NCBI GenBank assembly: GCA_035286325.1
Contig: DATHKH010000046.1
Location: forward strand, 5,537 to 69,536
DNA: 64,000 nt
Reading direction: 5' to 3'
DNA from: Flavobacterium sp.
GTDB taxonomy: Bacteria; Bacteroidota; Bacteroidia; Flavobacteriales; Flavobacteriaceae
Each line of letters starts with the position of its first letter. Position 1 is the stretch's first letter. Under the pieces are notes generated by a model that did no database searches, was not told the origin of the DNA, and saw only the letters and a list, made by a program, of their open reading frames with translations. The position numbers and the translations under genes were made by a program. Of the stretch, positions 56,205-64,000 are shown in pieces.

Positions 56205-58709
56205 TTAGTTGCCAATAGAAATCAGGTTCGCCATCAGTCGGAATGCGCCGGAAACACCTTCAGGCAATTCCCTGAAAAAGCTCAATCCGGTATAAATATA
56301 ATGTCCTTTCCCATAATTTGCGATAAGCAGCGCACCGTTTTTTGGTGTTTCGCCTTTGTCATTTGCCGATAAAACAGCGGTAAAGGCTTTGTCCCATTCG
56401 TTTGGATAATACAATCCCTGTTCTTGTTTCCAGCCTTTGAAATCGGCGGCGGTGATTTTGTTTGGATGGTTCAATATCCGGTTTTCAGGGGCGAGGAAAC
56501 GGACTTCGGCATTTTCTTCAGTCACGCGGTCGCGGGAAATTTTCAGTGGAAATGGCGCAATATCCTTGGTCACGAAAGCATCGGCCGTATTGTATTGTAC
56601 AATCATCGTTTTGCCTTCTTTGACAAAATCCATCAATACCAATTGTTTTGTGGCCAATTCCTTGACCGTATTGTAGGCGCGGATTCCGGTGATGACAACG
56701 TCAAATCCTGCCAGTCTTTCTTTTGTGATTTCTGCCGGTTTTAAAATCGTGACATCATAACCCATTTGTACCAGGCTTTTATTGACTTCATCGCCGGCGC
56801 CCATAATGTAGGCAATTTTCTCATCTCCGGTTTTGATGTCAAGCTTGATGAATTTCGCTTCCGACGGTTTTAAGACCATTTGCTTTGAAATATGGCTGTA
56901 ACGGATGTCAATCTGTTCGCGGTCAAAACGTTTCCCATCAACGGTTGCAATGCATTTTGCGGAAATTTCATCGGCGTTTTTTGGCGCTGTGATGACAAAT
57001 TCGACAGATTGTTCGTCGCCTTTATTTGCCAGTGAAAACGGGACTTCGGAAGGCGAAACCTGCCAATTTTCAGGCACGTCAAGCGAAACATTGCCTTTGA
57101 CATTGTCTTTTCCGGCTTTGACTTTCACTTCGATTGTTTTGGTTTTCCTGCGTGCGAAAATATTGACTTTATCGACGATTGAAGTCGTCACATCAGGAAT
57201 AACATCAAACGGTTCATAAACTTCCCCTTTCGTATTGTCATTGTATTTGTACACGACATTTCGTTCGAATGGAATCACAAAACCATTTATCGAAATGTCA
57301 AAAACGACTTTCACGTCACGGATGACATCGGGAATCCCGATATTTTGCTGGTCATTTACAGTATACATTCCAACGGTAGCGGGATCTTTCAGCCAATAGG
57401 GTTGTGTATAATTGACATTTGCCGGAAGTGTGATTTCCGTATCGGAAGTTTGGAGCATGTTATTTAATAATGGCGAATGGTCTGCCTTGTTTGCCCACGA
57501 TTTAGTTTCGGGCAAAAGTGTATAACCCTGAAAATTCATCGGGACATTGCTTCTGTTGATCGCTTCCAGTTTCACTTTTACGGTACTTCCGGGTGTCGCA
57601 TCAGGCGTTTCGGCAACCGCTTCAAGATACAATCCCGCGCAGGCGGCAATGACTTTTTTGATATCTTCAGTTTTGATTTGTTTCCAATGGCTGTCGTCCA
57701 ACGATTGGATCATTTTGTAGGCTTTCACCAAATCGGGAATACTCGCTTCCGGGTTTTTAAAATCAAAGCTTCTTTCGACTTCCGCCAACAATATCCCGAT
57801 GGGCTTTCCGTCCTTGACGCGGTTCCATGAAGTGTCGATTCCTTCAAAAATGTTTGACTTATTTTTTGGTGCATCACCTTTTATCAATTCCAGGTATTCG
57901 ATATCTTCACCACGAACGCCACTGGTTCCGAAACCTTGCGATTGATGCCGGCTGCGGCTCAAAGCTGCGATTTCCTGGTTCGATTTCCCGAGTGATTTAT
58001 AATATGCACCGGTTTGAAGGCTGTATAATTTTGATTTGTCGGCTTTGTCGAATTTTTCCTGTCCGCCATAAAACCAGTACGAAGTATTAAAGAACACGCG
58101 TTTTGGCTGCCAGGTTTTCACCAATGACAACTGATTGGGAAAAGCAGCATTGTCGTTGGCCATATCAAAGCCTTCAAGGCTCAACATTGCAGAAGCAGTG
58201 TGATGTCCGTGTGTAGTTCCCGGCGTTCTCGCGTCAAAACGATTGATGATTACATCTGGCTGGAATTTCCGGATGGCCCAAACGACATCGCTCAAGACTT
58301 TGTCTTTTTCCCAAATCTCCAGTGTTTCGGCGGGATTTTTTGAATATCCGAAATCATTGGCACGCGAAAAAAATTGTTCGCCGCCATCGATTTTCCTGGC
58401 TTCAATCAGTTCCTGCGTACGGATAACACCAAGCAATTCGCGCAGTTCCGGGCCAACCAGGTTTTGTCCGCCATCGCCGCGTGTCAGCGACAGATAGCCG
58501 GTACGGAAATTCATCTGGTTGGAAAAATAGGAAATCAGGCGCGTATTTTCATCGTCCGGATGTGCCGCGATATACAGCACCGAGCCGAGGAAATTTAGTT
58601 TTTGGATCTGGTGGTAAATCTCAGCCGAATTGAGCTTTTGCGGCTGTTGTGCCTTTATACCAAAAGAAAATAGGAGTAAAGCGACAAGTAAAAAGGAGGG
58701 CTTTTGCAT
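56205..58709 (-). CDS. PIG-L family deacetylase, multidomain and secreted
   Basis: Signal peptide; AHPDDE, TRGDGGQN, HGHH motifs; C-terminal class I GATase-like region. Confidence 0.9.
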   Translation of the reverse strand: MQKPSFLLVALLLFSFGIKAQQPQKLNSAEIYHQIQKLNFLGSVLYIAAHPDDENTRLISYFSNQMNFRTGYLSLTRGDGGQNLVGPELRELLGVIRTQELIEARKIDGGEQFFSRANDFGYSKNPAETLEIWEKDKVLSDVVWAIRKFQPDVIINRFDARTPGTTHGHHTASAMLSLEGFDMANDNAAFPNQLSLVKTWQPKRVFFNTSYWFYGGQEKFDKADKSKLYSLQTGAYYKSLGKSNQEIAALSRSRHQSQGFGTSGVRGEDIEYLELIKGDAPKNKSNIFEGIDTSWNRVKDGKPIGILLAEVERSFDFKNPEASIPDLVKAYKMIQSLDDSHWKQIKTEDIKKVIAACAGLYLEAVAETPDATPGSTVKVKLEAINRSNVPMNFQGYTLLPETKSWANKADHSPLLNNMLQTSDTEITLPANVNYTQPYWLKDPATVGMYTVNDQQNIGIPDVIRDVKVVFDISINGFVIPFERNVVYKYNDNTKGEVYEPFDVIPDVTTSIVDKVNIFARRKTKTIEVKVKAGKDNVKGNVSLDVPENWQVSPSEVPFSLANKGDEQSVEFVITAPKNADEISAKCIATVDGKRFDREQIDIRYSHISKQMVLKPSEAKFIKLDIKTGDEKIAYIMGAGDEVNKSLVQMGYDVTILKPAEITKERLAGFDVVITGIRAYNTVKELATKQLVLMDFVKEGKTMIVQYNTADAFVTKDIAPFPLKISRDRVTEENAEVRFLAPENRILNHPNKITAADFKGWKQEQGLYYPNEWDKAFTAVLSANDKGETPKNGALLIANYGKGHYIYTGLSFFRELPEGVSGAFRLMANLISIGN

Positions 58710-58804
58710 TTTTATGGAGTTATTGCAATAGCTTCAAAGATAGCAATTAGTGAAATCATTAAAATAGTTTAACGATAATTTATGCTGATAAAAATTGCCA
58801 AACC

Positions 58805-59188
58805 TTAATCTCCAATCGATGCAGTCGCCAAAGTCGGCCTTCCTTTATGCATGTATGGGTATTTTTTCTTGTGCTGGCTGATGAACTGGGTCGGGTTTTC
58901 ATCGTCATAATCCGTAATGAAGACACTGACTTTGTTGTAAAGTGAATAACCCCTGTAGCCTGCCGGGATTTCCTGTGCTGCGATCCACTGTCCTTTTTGG
59001 TTAAAGATGTATATGTTCTTTTTGGTATCGTAATATGCCTCGAGATTTGGATAGTAATAATACCTGATCGCACAATTTGTTAACGGATCAACCAATGGTG
59101 GTGTTTGCGTTTTGCTTGTTGCCTGTGCCTGCGCAATTGCAAAAGCGAAAAAAAGGATACTGGTGAATAAGTAATTTAATTTTTTCAT
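58805..59188 (-). CDS. Hypothetical secreted protein with YYYYPN motif
   Basis: Signal peptide; RYYYYPNLEAYYD...IPAGYRGYSLYN. Confidence 0.8.
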   Translation of the reverse strand: MKKLNYLFTSILFFAFAIAQAQATSKTQTPPLVDPLTNCAIRYYYYPNLEAYYDTKKNIYIFNQKGQWIAAQEIPAGYRGYSLYNKVSVFITDYDDENPTQFISQHKKKYPYMHKGRPTLATASIGD

Positions 59189-59484
59189 GATGCGATAATT
59201 TTAAGTTCAAAATTCTAATCCTTTAATTGTTTATAGTCGGATAGGGATTTCCATAACTGTAATAAAATCTACAGCGTAAAAATATTTATAAAACTTAAAA
59301 ACATCGATAAAGTGCACAAAAATCCGATAAAATTAACTTTTTTGTATTGTTTTGTAAGAATAGGATGAAATAAATAAATCAATTTTTGTGCAAAATTACG
59401 ACAGAATAAAGCATAAAAAAAAGAGAAATCACATTTAAATATGATTTCTCTTCTTAACTGCTGAACACCAGCACAATAAACTTT

Positions 59485-59910
59485 TTAATTGTATGCAACT
59501 TTCGCGTCGGTAGTGGTTACTTTAGGCGGTTGTCTTCTGGATGAGTATTTTTTTGGAAATTGTTTCCTGTGATCGCTTAGTTTAGTATATGGTTTGTCAC
59601 CATTATAATCGTTGATGGCAAAGTTCATCCCGTTGTATATTGAATAGCCTCTGTAACCCGATGGAATTTGTTTTGTTTTTATCCATTCGCCTTGTTGGTC
59701 ATAAATGAATAGCCCTTCCTGGGAATCAAAATAAGCATCGAGGTTTGGATAGTAATAGTAACGTGCTGCGATAAATGGCAGTTCCTCAGAAGTGGCCACT
59801 TTTGATTCTGGGGTTTGTGGTTGGATATCATTTGTCTCTGCAATCTGGGCAGTAGAAATATTTGCTGCGAACAGCAAGATTCCGACGGTAAAAAAGTATA
59901 TTTTTTTCAT
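59485..59910 (-). CDS. Hypothetical secreted protein with YYYYPN motif (paralog)
   Basis: Signal peptide; RYYYYPNLDAYFD...IPSGYRGYSIYN; terminator hairpin near 59415-59452. Confidence 0.8.
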   Translation of the reverse strand: MKKIYFFTVGILLFAANISTAQIAETNDIQPQTPESKVATSEELPFIAARYYYYPNLDAYFDSQEGLFIYDQQGEWIKTKQIPSGYRGYSIYNGMNFAINDYNGDKPYTKLSDHRKQFPKKYSSRRQPPKVTTTDAKVAYN

Positions 59911-60120
59911 GATTTCATTTCTTTTAATTAGCTATTACAAAGTAACAACCGTTATCATGGAAATGTGTTATACGTTTAAATCTAAAGATTATACAATTCA
60001 CATCAAAAATGCCTTATTGATAAGTTTTAACTTTTTTTTAAATATGGAAAGTTAATTTCATTGAAAATAATTCAAAAAAAAGAGGCCTGTAAAGGCCTCT
60101 GATTGATATAGTTGGCAAAA

Positions 60121-60315
60121 TTACGATTCATCTTTTGTTGTCCTTACCAGGCTTATGCCATAAACGAAAAACAACAATCCCAATATTCCATATACTACCA
60201 ATGATTTAATACTTCTTGTTCCGCCGCTGGTATTTACAAACAGGACTGCGGCATATATCAGGCCGATAATTCCCAAAATGGTAAGTATAAATCCGAAAGT
60301 TCGTTTCATATTCAT
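60121..60315 (-). CDS. Small two-TM membrane protein
   Basis: KRTFG.ILTILGI.GLIY...GI.LVRTTKDES; terminator AGAGGCCT-GTAA-AGGCCTCT downstream. Confidence 0.75.
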   Translation of the reverse strand: MNMKRTFGFILTILGIIGLIYAAVLFVNTSGGTRSIKSLVVYGILGLLFFVYGISLVRTTKDES

Positions 60316-60317
60316 GA

Positions 60318-60638
60318 CTACAGCAATAAGATTAGTAACAGGATAATGATGATAATCGCGCCTATTGAAAGATAGATGCCATTGCCTGTTGCAGCCAGTT
60401 CTCCTTTAATTGCACGGACTTCTTTTCTAAGCGCTTTTTTCTCTGAACGGCTCATTTCAGATTTATCCATTGCTTTGATTTCGTCAAGCCTGTTTAAAAG
60501 CACTTTTGCCCTGGCGGCATTGGCTTCGTCATTTTTTGTAGTGGAAGTGACAGGATCCGTTGGAATGGCATTGGCATATGATGGCACAAAAGTTAATGAC
60601 ATCAACGCCATCATAAATAGGAAGACTGATTTTCTCAT
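60318..60638 (-). CDS. Hypothetical protein with signal peptide and C-terminal hydrophobic anchor
   Basis: RLDEIKAMDKS.MS.SEKKALRKEVR; ends GIYLSIGAIIIIILLLILLL. Confidence 0.8.
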   Translation of the reverse strand: MRKSVFLFMMALMSLTFVPSYANAIPTDPVTSTTKNDEANAARAKVLLNRLDEIKAMDKSEMSRSEKKALRKEVRAIKGELAATGNGIYLSIGAIIIIILLLILLL

Positions 60639-60742
60639 GATTATAAGTATTGGTTAATAATTTATAAAATTGATTAAATCCTGTAAAAATTGCATTATAC
60701 AATTTCTGTTAAAAATTGCATCATTAACATGTAGGAAAAGTG

Positions 60743-62593
60743 CTATTGATAATCGACCGTACGCGGTTTTGAGACTTCAAAATCCTGAAACCCGAAATCC
60801 TCGGTATTGAACGCATTGGTCTTAAAGATGTTATCGCCACTGCCAGGAATATTAGGATAATAGGCAACCGACAATTGGAACGAACTGAATACCAGGTAAT
60901 CATTTGTAATGATAACGCCTGCCCCGATTTGGGAATACAATCTACTCTTGCTAAACCCTGTTTTGGAATCGCCCAATAAACCCATCGAGTAACTCAGGTA
61001 CGGATTCATACGAAAACCACCGAGATTCCAAGGGGAATAAACCTGTGATTGGAAAGTCGTGGTGAATTTCCTCGTCCCATAAAACTCGACAGGATTAAAA
61101 CCCGGAATGCCGTTTCGGTCGTTGATGGTCAGTTGGTCGCCACGCGATGGAAGCCTGTTGTTTCCCAACACCAGCCGCGATTTGATAAACTGCCGGAATT
61201 TCCATTTTCCCGATTCCATTAGATTCGTAAAATAATTCGCCTGGACCGAAAAAGCGCTTTGTTCACTAACGGAATGGTTGAAAAATGTCCCATATTCAAA
61301 ATTGGAACTCAGGTAACCCCATTTGTAAAATTTACCCAATGAAACCTTTGCGCCAACATATGGCCTGCCGACATTGTTTTTTTCCTGCCAACCGCCGGTA
61401 ATCCCAAATGACCGACCAACCGGAACATCCTCAATGACACCGTAATTGAAGATGTATTTATCTTCGACGAACTGCCGTGAAGACAAACCGATGCCCGTGA
61501 GGTAAAATTTCTCATCTGCATAAAAATGGATGCTGTCATAAGCCGCTTCCGGGCTTTCGGTATAATTGACATTCAGGTAGCGAAAAGTATTGATTAAATT
61601 GGTTGTCCTGTCGTTTTCCGTATTTCCCTTGAAAATCTGGACGGAATGCCCGGCCCAATAATCCTGTGAATCATATTTGTAAAATTGCCGTGCATAGACA
61701 TTCGAGGCATCAGGAAGTGTATCCGATCTGAATTGCTGGTCAAAATAAACGCCCGCTGCCCAACGCGTAAAAGGTGAGAAGAATGGCCGCTCAATATTGA
61801 CGCTTTTGCTGTAATTGTGTTCAAGGTCGATTTGGTAGGCAATCGACGTTTTGATATACGTGTTTAAAATATTCGGTATCGTATATCTCGTGCTATAGGC
61901 ATCTTCGCCGGTATTGAATTCCCTTTGATATGTATTTTCAAACTGGTGGCCGAGCCCAAGAAAGTTCCTTTCGGTCAGGTCAAATCTGGCGTTGCTGCCT
62001 GAACCTGCAACATCGGGAATAAGACCCCAGGAATCAAGTACACGGATATTGACATCAACGGAATCGGATGTGTTTGAAATGAGCACCGGCGTAATCACAA
62101 CGCCACGCACAAACCGCTGGCTTCTCACCAAACGCTCGGATTCCTTTACAAGCAGCGAATCCAACGGCCTGTTTTTTTTGATCAGCAACAGGTTTTTTAT
62201 GGTTAGGACTTTGGACTTTAAGTGAATCTTATTTCCAAGTTTCGACAGATATTTTTTAGGTTCGCTGGTCGTGTTTTTTTCTGAATACCCAAAAGGATCA
62301 AGCGTTACGACATTGATATGACGAATAATTTTCCCTTCAAACTGCCTGTAATTTTTCTTAGGCACTTTTTTGGGTTTTGCCTTCGCAATGTTGTTCTTGG
62401 TTCTGAATGGCTCGAAAATAAGCCCATGGATGAATTTTGTGAATTTGTTTTTCTTTGAAAATTTCTCGATGCTTTTATACATCCTGGCGGTGTCTTTGGC
62501 AGGTTCGACTTTAACCGGCGGATTTACCTGCGACCAGGAAACCTGGAAGCAGCAGCACACCAACAGTAAAAAGACGAATTGATTTTTGGACAT
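60743..62593 (-). CDS. Probable outer-membrane beta-barrel protein, BamA/TamA-like
   Basis: Signal peptide; POTRA-like ESERLVRS..F; TERNFLGLGH motif; alternating beta-strand pattern. Confidence 0.65.
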   Translation of the reverse strand: MSKNQFVFLLLVCCCFQVSWSQVNPPVKVEPAKDTARMYKSIEKFSKKNKFTKFIHGLIFEPFRTKNNIAKAKPKKVPKKNYRQFEGKIIRHINVVTLDPFGYSEKNTTSEPKKYLSKLGNKIHLKSKVLTIKNLLLIKKNRPLDSLLVKESERLVRSQRFVRGVVITPVLISNTSDSVDVNIRVLDSWGLIPDVAGSGSNARFDLTERNFLGLGHQFENTYQREFNTGEDAYSTRYTIPNILNTYIKTSIAYQIDLEHNYSKSVNIERPFFSPFTRWAAGVYFDQQFRSDTLPDASNVYARQFYKYDSQDYWAGHSVQIFKGNTENDRTTNLINTFRYLNVNYTESPEAAYDSIHFYADEKFYLTGIGLSSRQFVEDKYIFNYGVIEDVPVGRSFGITGGWQEKNNVGRPYVGAKVSLGKFYKWGYLSSNFEYGTFFNHSVSEQSAFSVQANYFTNLMESGKWKFRQFIKSRLVLGNNRLPSRGDQLTINDRNGIPGFNPVEFYGTRKFTTTFQSQVYSPWNLGGFRMNPYLSYSMGLLGDSKTGFSKSRLYSQIGAGVIITNDYLVFSSFQLSVAYYPNIPGSGDNIFKTNAFNTEDFGFQDFEVSKPRTVDYQ

Positions 62594-62680
62594 TTTCAAA
62601 AGTTAAACACTTAGTGTATCATATCGTTAATAATCCAAAAATAGTATATAAATAAATGATTAATGACGTGGTTGCATGAT

Positions 62681-63019
62681 TTAGGTGCTGAAATATTCAT
62701 TTATGAAATCAATTCTCTGATTTTCAGTTATCTTGTTTTCAATGGGGTTGTTTTGTATTTCAATCTGCAGGAGCTTATTCGACTTGATGTAATTTATCAG
62801 CTCATTTTTGACTTTGACAGGGCCAAACAGGGCAATTTTGTCAAAGTCCTTGATGAGTTCGAAAATTTTTTTGTAAAATGATTTTTCGTTGCGAATGTGG
62901 GTTTCATCGATAGAATGTTCAGCCTCAATGATCGTAATGACGTTTTCATCATTTTTTTCTTCGAGCAGATATGCGATTCCATCGTCCATACAGACGCCTA
63001 TTTTTGTTTTGTGCAGCAT
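62681..63019 (-). CDS. Hypothetical protein, possibly eRF1/host-attachment-like fold
   Basis: G..MD...A.L N-terminus and LFGP...KNEL motif; 112-aa ORF in line with its neighbours. Confidence 0.55.
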   Translation of the reverse strand: MLHKTKIGVCMDDGIAYLLEEKNDENVITIIEAEHSIDETHIRNEKSFYKKIFELIKDFDKIALFGPVKVKNELINYIKSNKLLQIEIQNNPIENKITENQRIDFINEYFST

Positions 63020-63042
63020 ATTTTCATTATAATCATTCTCAC

Positions 63043-64000
63043 CTAAGCTTTAAAAGCATAATTCTCCAGTTTCAGCTTCATCACTTTCGATTCCTTGTAT
63101 TGTTGCATTCTGTAATTTTTCTCCATGGCCAATCGTGCCATCATATAGCTGACTGTCGATTCTGCACCTTGGTTTAGGTTGACCGATGATTCTTCAAGTC
63201 CGTCATAACAACCGCCTGTGCGTGGATTGTAAATAATCTGGTTCAGGTGATTCCTGCCTAAAAACCATTCAAATGCCATTTTCATTTTAGTTTTATAACT
63301 GTCATCTTTAAAAACATCATAGAAATTGTCCAATGCCAAAATGGTATAGGCCACATCAATCGGCTGTTCGCCAAAAGAAGCTTGCTTGCCGCCTTTTTGC
63401 AGCCAGCTTTGGTTCGAGATGACCTTGATTTCCATATTGTTGTCAAATGTCTGCGACAACAGGAAGTCGAAGGTATTTTTGGCTACTTCCTTATATGTTT
63501 GTTCTTTTGTTTCCTTGTATGCCAATAACAATGCTTCCGGAAGAATACTGTTCGCATACGTAAGGTAACTTTCAAACCACTGCCAATCATTCGACGCTTC
63601 ATGCAGGTACATTTGCGTCAATCGGTCGGCGAGCTTTTTAATCAGCATGCGGACGGCTTTTGAATCATTTTCAACGTTATAATAATACAAACCTTTGATG
63701 ATAAACGACATCGCGCGTGTTGAATATATATTTTCGATATTCGGCATCGCTTTTTCAATAATCGATTCAGCCCTGAGTATTATTGCTTCCGGCAGTTTGC
63801 GCGCGATGGAAAGCAGGTAACCCAATGCCCATATGGCGCGGCCATTCGAATCTTCAAGGTTGCAGTTCAGGTTGTCATCCGAAAAGACTTTTTTATAATC
63901 GACATAGTTTAAAAACGTACCATCAGCCTGTTGGCAGAAATCAATGAAATTCAGGTACAAATCAATATAATGCAAATCGTTTTTGTCATTGGTCAATTCA
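63043..64000 (-). CDS. C-terminal (six-hairpin-like) domain of a probable large glycosyltransferase; 5' end lies beyond the window
   Basis: DSNGRAIWALG, W.WFE.YLTY.N, EQPID, GGCYDGL, NLNQGAEST motifs; frame open to the window edge. Confidence 0.7.
   Translation of the reverse strand, partial: ELTNDKNDLHYIDLYLNFIDFCQQADGTFLNYVDYKKVFSDDNLNCNLEDSNGRAIWALGYLLSIARKLPEAIILRAESIIEKAMPNIENIYSTRAMSFIIKGLYYYNVENDSKAVRMLIKKLADRLTQMYLHEASNDWQWFESYLTYANSILPEALLLAYKETKEQTYKEVAKNTFDFLLSQTFDNNMEIKVISNQSWLQKGGKQASFGEQPIDVAYTILALDNFYDVFKDDSYKTKMKMAFEWFLGRNHLNQIIYNPRTGGCYDGLEESSVNLNQGAESTVSYMMARLAMEKNYRMQQYKESKVMKLKLENYAFKA

Overview
A 64-kb chromosomal window from a Bacteroidota bacterium, most likely a Flavobacterium. 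This rests on TAnnTTTG promoter boxes, type IX secretion cargo proteins and the dapA-bamD-rpoZ-coaBC-porD-recN-fabV gene order. Most of it is housekeeping (ligA, dapA, bamD, rpoZ, coaBC, recN, fabV, coaE, miaA, smpB, glyA, fahA, clpB, tcdA, tRNA-Arg(ACG)). It also holds two tandem T9SS-secreted GEVED/Fn3 proteins, a BlaI/BlaR1-type pair and an AT-richer accessory block from about 58.8 kb. No transposase, integrase, prophage or CRISPR array is visible. The main unexplained signal is a family of seven 29-44 bp micro-insertion elements (ACYCGAG - variable hairpin - CGAACWG(R) - RC-GNA-GY mini-hairpin). Three sit in-frame inside coaBC, tatD and the M56 gene, each in a different reading frame. The others lie in a 5' UTR, at a gene end, inside another copy of the element, and inside a larger REP-like repeat whose empty site is also in the window. 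Other observations: two related families of modular REP-like palindromes, a PfpI/DJ-1 gene collapsed to 42 codons, an orphan terminator suggesting an sRNA, triple BlaI-type operators and an unannotated small membrane ORF. Protein family calls and ortholog comparisons come from motif recognition and memory; no database search was run.
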